DNA of 64,000 nt from a virus (lineage: Duplodnaviria > Heunggongvirae > Uroviricota > Caudoviricetes). The notes under the pieces are model-generated. The model saw only the letters and a list, made by a program, of their open reading frames with translations. It searched no databases and had not been told where the DNA came from. The position numbers and the translations under genes are program-made. This document shows positions 61,791-64,000 of this stretch, piece after piece. Numbering within the stretch: the first letter of the stretch is position 1; each line of letters starts with the position of its first letter. The DNA lies in the IMG/VR virus record IMGVR_UViG_2529292922_000010. One strand, written 5' to 3'.

Positions 61791-62230
61791 AAACGTTGGT
61801 TTAGGGGAAGGCTCGGCGCTGCCCGTTGGTGTACCTGTTCCATGGCCCTCCGCCACACCACCAACGGGGTGGCTGAAATGTAACGGAGCAGCATTTTCTT
61901 CTGAAAAGTACCCAAATCTGGACAAAGGTTTACCCCACTAATAAATTGCCGGATCTACGGGGCGAATTTATTCGAGGTTGGGATGATGGACGAGGTGTGG
62001 ACAATGGGCGAGCATTATTAAGCAGCCAAGAGGCTACAAACTTTTCTCAGCGTGCCGGAAATATAGGCGATGGTGCAGGGCACGCAATTAATTTTCATGA
62101 TGGCATCGTCGGAAATCAGCCAGGATTTTCACGATTTAATTTCACCAGTAACTCTGTAGGTGATGGTATAAATTTTGTTGCTGTCAGGCCGCGAAATATC
62201 GCATTTAATTACATCGTAAGGGCGGCATAA
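61791..62230 (+). pseudogene. Cassette 7, frameshift in 5' conserved region
   Basis: 1-bp insertion (CTGGCAAAGG to CTGGACAAAGG). Confidence 0.6.
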
Positions 62231-62737
62231 AAACGTTGGTTTAGGGGAAGGCTCGGCGCTGCCCGTTGGTGTACCTATTCCATGGCCCTCAGCCACACCG
62301 CCAACGGGGTGGCTGAAATGCAATGGTGCAGCATTTTCTTCTGAAAAGTACCCAAATCTGGCAAAGGTTTACCCAACGTTAAAATTACCTGATTTACGCG
62401 GTGAGTTTATCCGTGGCTGGGATGATGGGCGAGGGATTGACTCTGGTCGCTCTATTTTAAGCGAGCAAGGATATGCAACGGAGGATCATGCTCACGGATT
62501 ACCGTCAAAATCAACCGTAGCAACTGACCGCTCAATTAATTTCTACTTTGACGAGGCATGGGCTACTAGTGGTAATACGGGAGTTATCAGATGGGGGAAC
62601 ACAAGCGATGCAGGATTGCCAGCCCCTAATTATGGAACTTTTAAAACATATAAACAGTCCGTAGCTAATTTAGGTACTGCTGGCTTAGAAACCCGCCCTC
62701 GTAATATTGCATTTAATTATATTGTGAGGGCGGATTA
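62231..62737 (+). other. Silent tail-fibre C-terminal cassette 8 (intact frame)
   Basis: Open frame from junction to RPRNIAFNYIVRAD-stop. Confidence 0.65.
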
Positions 62738-62743
62738 ATTATA

Positions 62744-63355
62744 TCAACTGGCTGTAGAAAGTTGTTTTTCAGGCCAGTTGAGAACTGGTGCCGTGGTTAA
62801 ATCCATCGCGTTCAGCTCGTCTATATAATCTAGCACGGAGTTAAGCTGCGTGGTTTCTGCCTGCGTCAACTTCCGTCCAGCCCGTAATTTCAACTGAATC
62901 AGACTAATGGAATCCATCGCAGTATCAATCAATGACTGACGTTTTGTTTCTGCTGCCTCTACAGCTGCACTATGTTGAGCCTCAGTATCAACCACCCATT
63001 TCTCTCCATCCCATTTGTCGTATGGTGTTAGCGGGGCGATAGTGGTTGTATTTTCCGGATAGTCACCCAACACCGTGATTTCTTCGGGATTCCCAGTGTC
63101 AATGCTATAGACAGTTTCGCCACGATGATCTGGCACATACTCCCATGAACTTAAATCCTCTGAACGGAGAATCGCATAACCTGCTTTATGTGAGCCTGGA
63201 GCATCCAAACAAGAATTTGCCGGAATACCAACGCCAACAGCAAGATATTCAGTTGATGCAGAAATATATTCCCGATTACCACCATCATAGTTATAAACGA
63301 TAATGTTTCCTGCCTGTATGGCTATAAGTTCGCTATTTAATATCGCATTATCCAT
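62744..63355 (-). CDS. Tail-fibre assembly (Tfa/U-type) chaperone
   Basis: 203 aa with Tfa-family pattern; start overlaps stop of inverted cassette 9; convergent with cassette 8. Confidence 0.7.
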   Translation of the reverse strand: MDNAILNSELIAIQAGNIIVYNYDGGNREYISASTEYLAVGVGIPANSCLDAPGSHKAGYAILRSEDLSSWEYVPDHRGETVYSIDTGNPEEITVLGDYPENTTTIAPLTPYDKWDGEKWVVDTEAQHSAAVEAAETKRQSLIDTAMDSISLIQLKLRAGRKLTQAETTQLNSVLDYIDELNAMDLTTAPVLNWPEKQLSTAS

Positions 63356-63824
63356 TATGCTGCTCTCACAATATAATTGAAGGCAATGTTACGTGGGCGG
63401 GTTTCATTCCCCCCAGATAACTCCGTTCTGTATTGACTGGTAAATTTACCATTAATCGCTCCTTGCCGGACGGCGTTATCTGTCGACAACAGACTATCCC
63501 CCCCTCTGTCATTTGGCACCAATACCGTGTTATCCCACGCGTCCCATGACCGAATATTATGATAATGACTTCCTGTTAACCACCCCTGTATGCTTAAGAT
63601 GACCCTTCCCGCATCCACACCTCGCCCATCATCCCAACCACGGATAAACTCACCGCGTAAATCCGGTAATTTATTGGTGGGGTAGGCCTTTGCCAGTTTG
63701 GGATACATTTCAGAAGAAAATGCTGCACCATTGCATTTTAGCCAGCCCGTTGGTGGTGTTTCTAAGGGCCACGGAACGGGCACACCAACAGGCAGTGCAG
63801 AGCCTTCCCCCAAACCAACGTTTT
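63355..63824 (-). other. Inverted tail-fibre C-terminal cassette 9 (intact)
   Basis: Minus-strand GEGSALPVGVPVPWPLETPP...ETRPRNIAFNYIVRAA; same junction motif at its 5' end. Confidence 0.7.
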
Positions 63825-64000
63825 TATGCCGCCCTTACGATATAATTAAAGGCAATGTTACGAGGACGGTTTTCATTAGCTGTTGGCACGACACGAGAGG
63901 CGTCGAATCCAAGGTCATCGGTTTTGCCTATATCAGTTGTGTTATTCGGCATTCTCGCAGATCGTGTTCCTGCATCATAAAAAGCCCCTCTGATTGCATC
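63825..64000 (-). other. Inverted cassette 10, 3' part only (window ends)
   Basis: Minus strand ends ...ENRPRNIAFNYIVRAA-stop; intact version of decayed cassette 4. Confidence 0.6.

Noticed and set aside
59327-63824. CRISPR array suggested by regularly repeated sequence
   Set aside because: Repeat units are ~480-bp protein-coding cassettes with conserved ends and variable cores, not 25-40-bp repeats with short spacers.

Overview
The window reads as a contiguous 64-kb stretch of a P1-family temperate phage-plasmid, not chromosomal DNA. No BLAST or HMM search was possible: gene names come from recalled P1 gene order and recognisable motifs, and many ORFs are left as hypothetical. Left to right: start of a pacA-like packaging gene (off-window), lpa-like gene behind a C1-operator-like site, phd-doc toxin-antitoxin, humD with a LexA box, hot (Pol III theta homologue), ~18 kb of mostly minus-strand accessory genes (DUF551, Ea22-like, HAD hydrolase, Ser/Thr phosphatase, two overlapping paralogues, VRR-NUC nuclease, TraR-like zinc finger) plus a plus-strand six-gene operon, ban (DnaB-like helicase), a tRNA operon (Ile-CAU, Thr, Asn, plp, upl) with four hairpin repeats, dmt (fused C5/N6 methyltransferase), hrdC (RdgC-like), an iteron replicon (DnaA box, five GATC heptamers, 21-bp iterons, repA, bidirectional iterons), parA-parB-parS, virion genes, a hok/gef type I toxin, kilA-repL and the immI block (ant, icd), then a late operon with a Sit-like transglycosylase/tape-measure protein, baseplate genes and the tail-fibre gene. 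The most interesting feature is what follows the fibre gene: at least ten receptor-binding cassettes (eight tandem, two inverted, one tfa) joined by hix/gix-like junctions, four of them frameshifted. Other leads are the tRNA-linked hairpin family, the hok-like and T5orf172-like insertions in a P1-type backbone, at least eleven C1-operator-like 17-mers, an enzyme cluster around a phosphatase, and a spanin-like pair beside the replicon. No integrase, IS element, rRNA or CRISPR array was seen.
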